From: Catajapyx aquilonaris
Lineage: Eukaryota
DNA length: 64,000 nucleotides
NCBI GenBank assembly: GCA_000934665.2
Contig: JYFJ02001088.1
Coordinates: 1 to 64,000 of the forward strand
Direction of reading: 5' to 3'
The position numbers and the translations under genes were made by a program. Shown here one piece after another: positions 63,932 to 64,000 of the stretch (position 1 is the first letter of the stretch; each line of letters opens with the position of its first letter). Below the pieces are notes generated by a model. It was given only the letters and a program-made list of their open reading frames with translations. It was not told where the DNA came from and ran no database searches.

Positions 63932-63937
63932 AATAAA
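63932..63937 (+). terminator. Candidate spartin polyadenylation signal
   Basis: AATAAA about 470 nt after the stop codon, with T-rich sequence downstream. Confidence 0.45.
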
Positions 63938-64000
63938 ATACTTACGTTACTTAAAGGATGGATTTCATTTTGATATTCCGCAGCTGCTTGTAGAAATCGA

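Overview
Eukaryotic, intron-containing genomic DNA from an invertebrate, probably an arthropod (inferred from the SINE type and the FAMeT-like domains). I reconstructed three spliced protein-coding genes by hand, with consistent intron phases. (1) A minus-strand, probably secreted protein with two kringle domains followed by two farnesoic-acid-O-methyltransferase-like (Methyltransf_FA) domains, at about 125-4627. (2) A five-exon cyclin D on the minus strand (7630-21529, 304 aa) with an LxCxE motif and a C-terminal TPTDV degron. (3) A five-exon spartin/SPG20 on the plus strand (59554-63465, 535 aa) with MIT, PPxY and senescence domains. Cyclin D and spartin are divergent and separated by about 38 kb with no recognisable coding gene. 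The non-coding DNA holds three tRNA-derived SINEs, several MITE-like inverted repeats and microsatellites. The cyclin D introns carry striking motif clusters: a 30-bp-periodic CCAAT array, and clustered Su(H)/CSL, CACGTG and TEAD motifs. I found no CRISPR array, rRNA or intact tRNA. Most short ORFs in the track look spurious. Nothing here proves a new biological system; the best leads concern regulatory and transcript architecture, plus the kringle-FAMeT protein.
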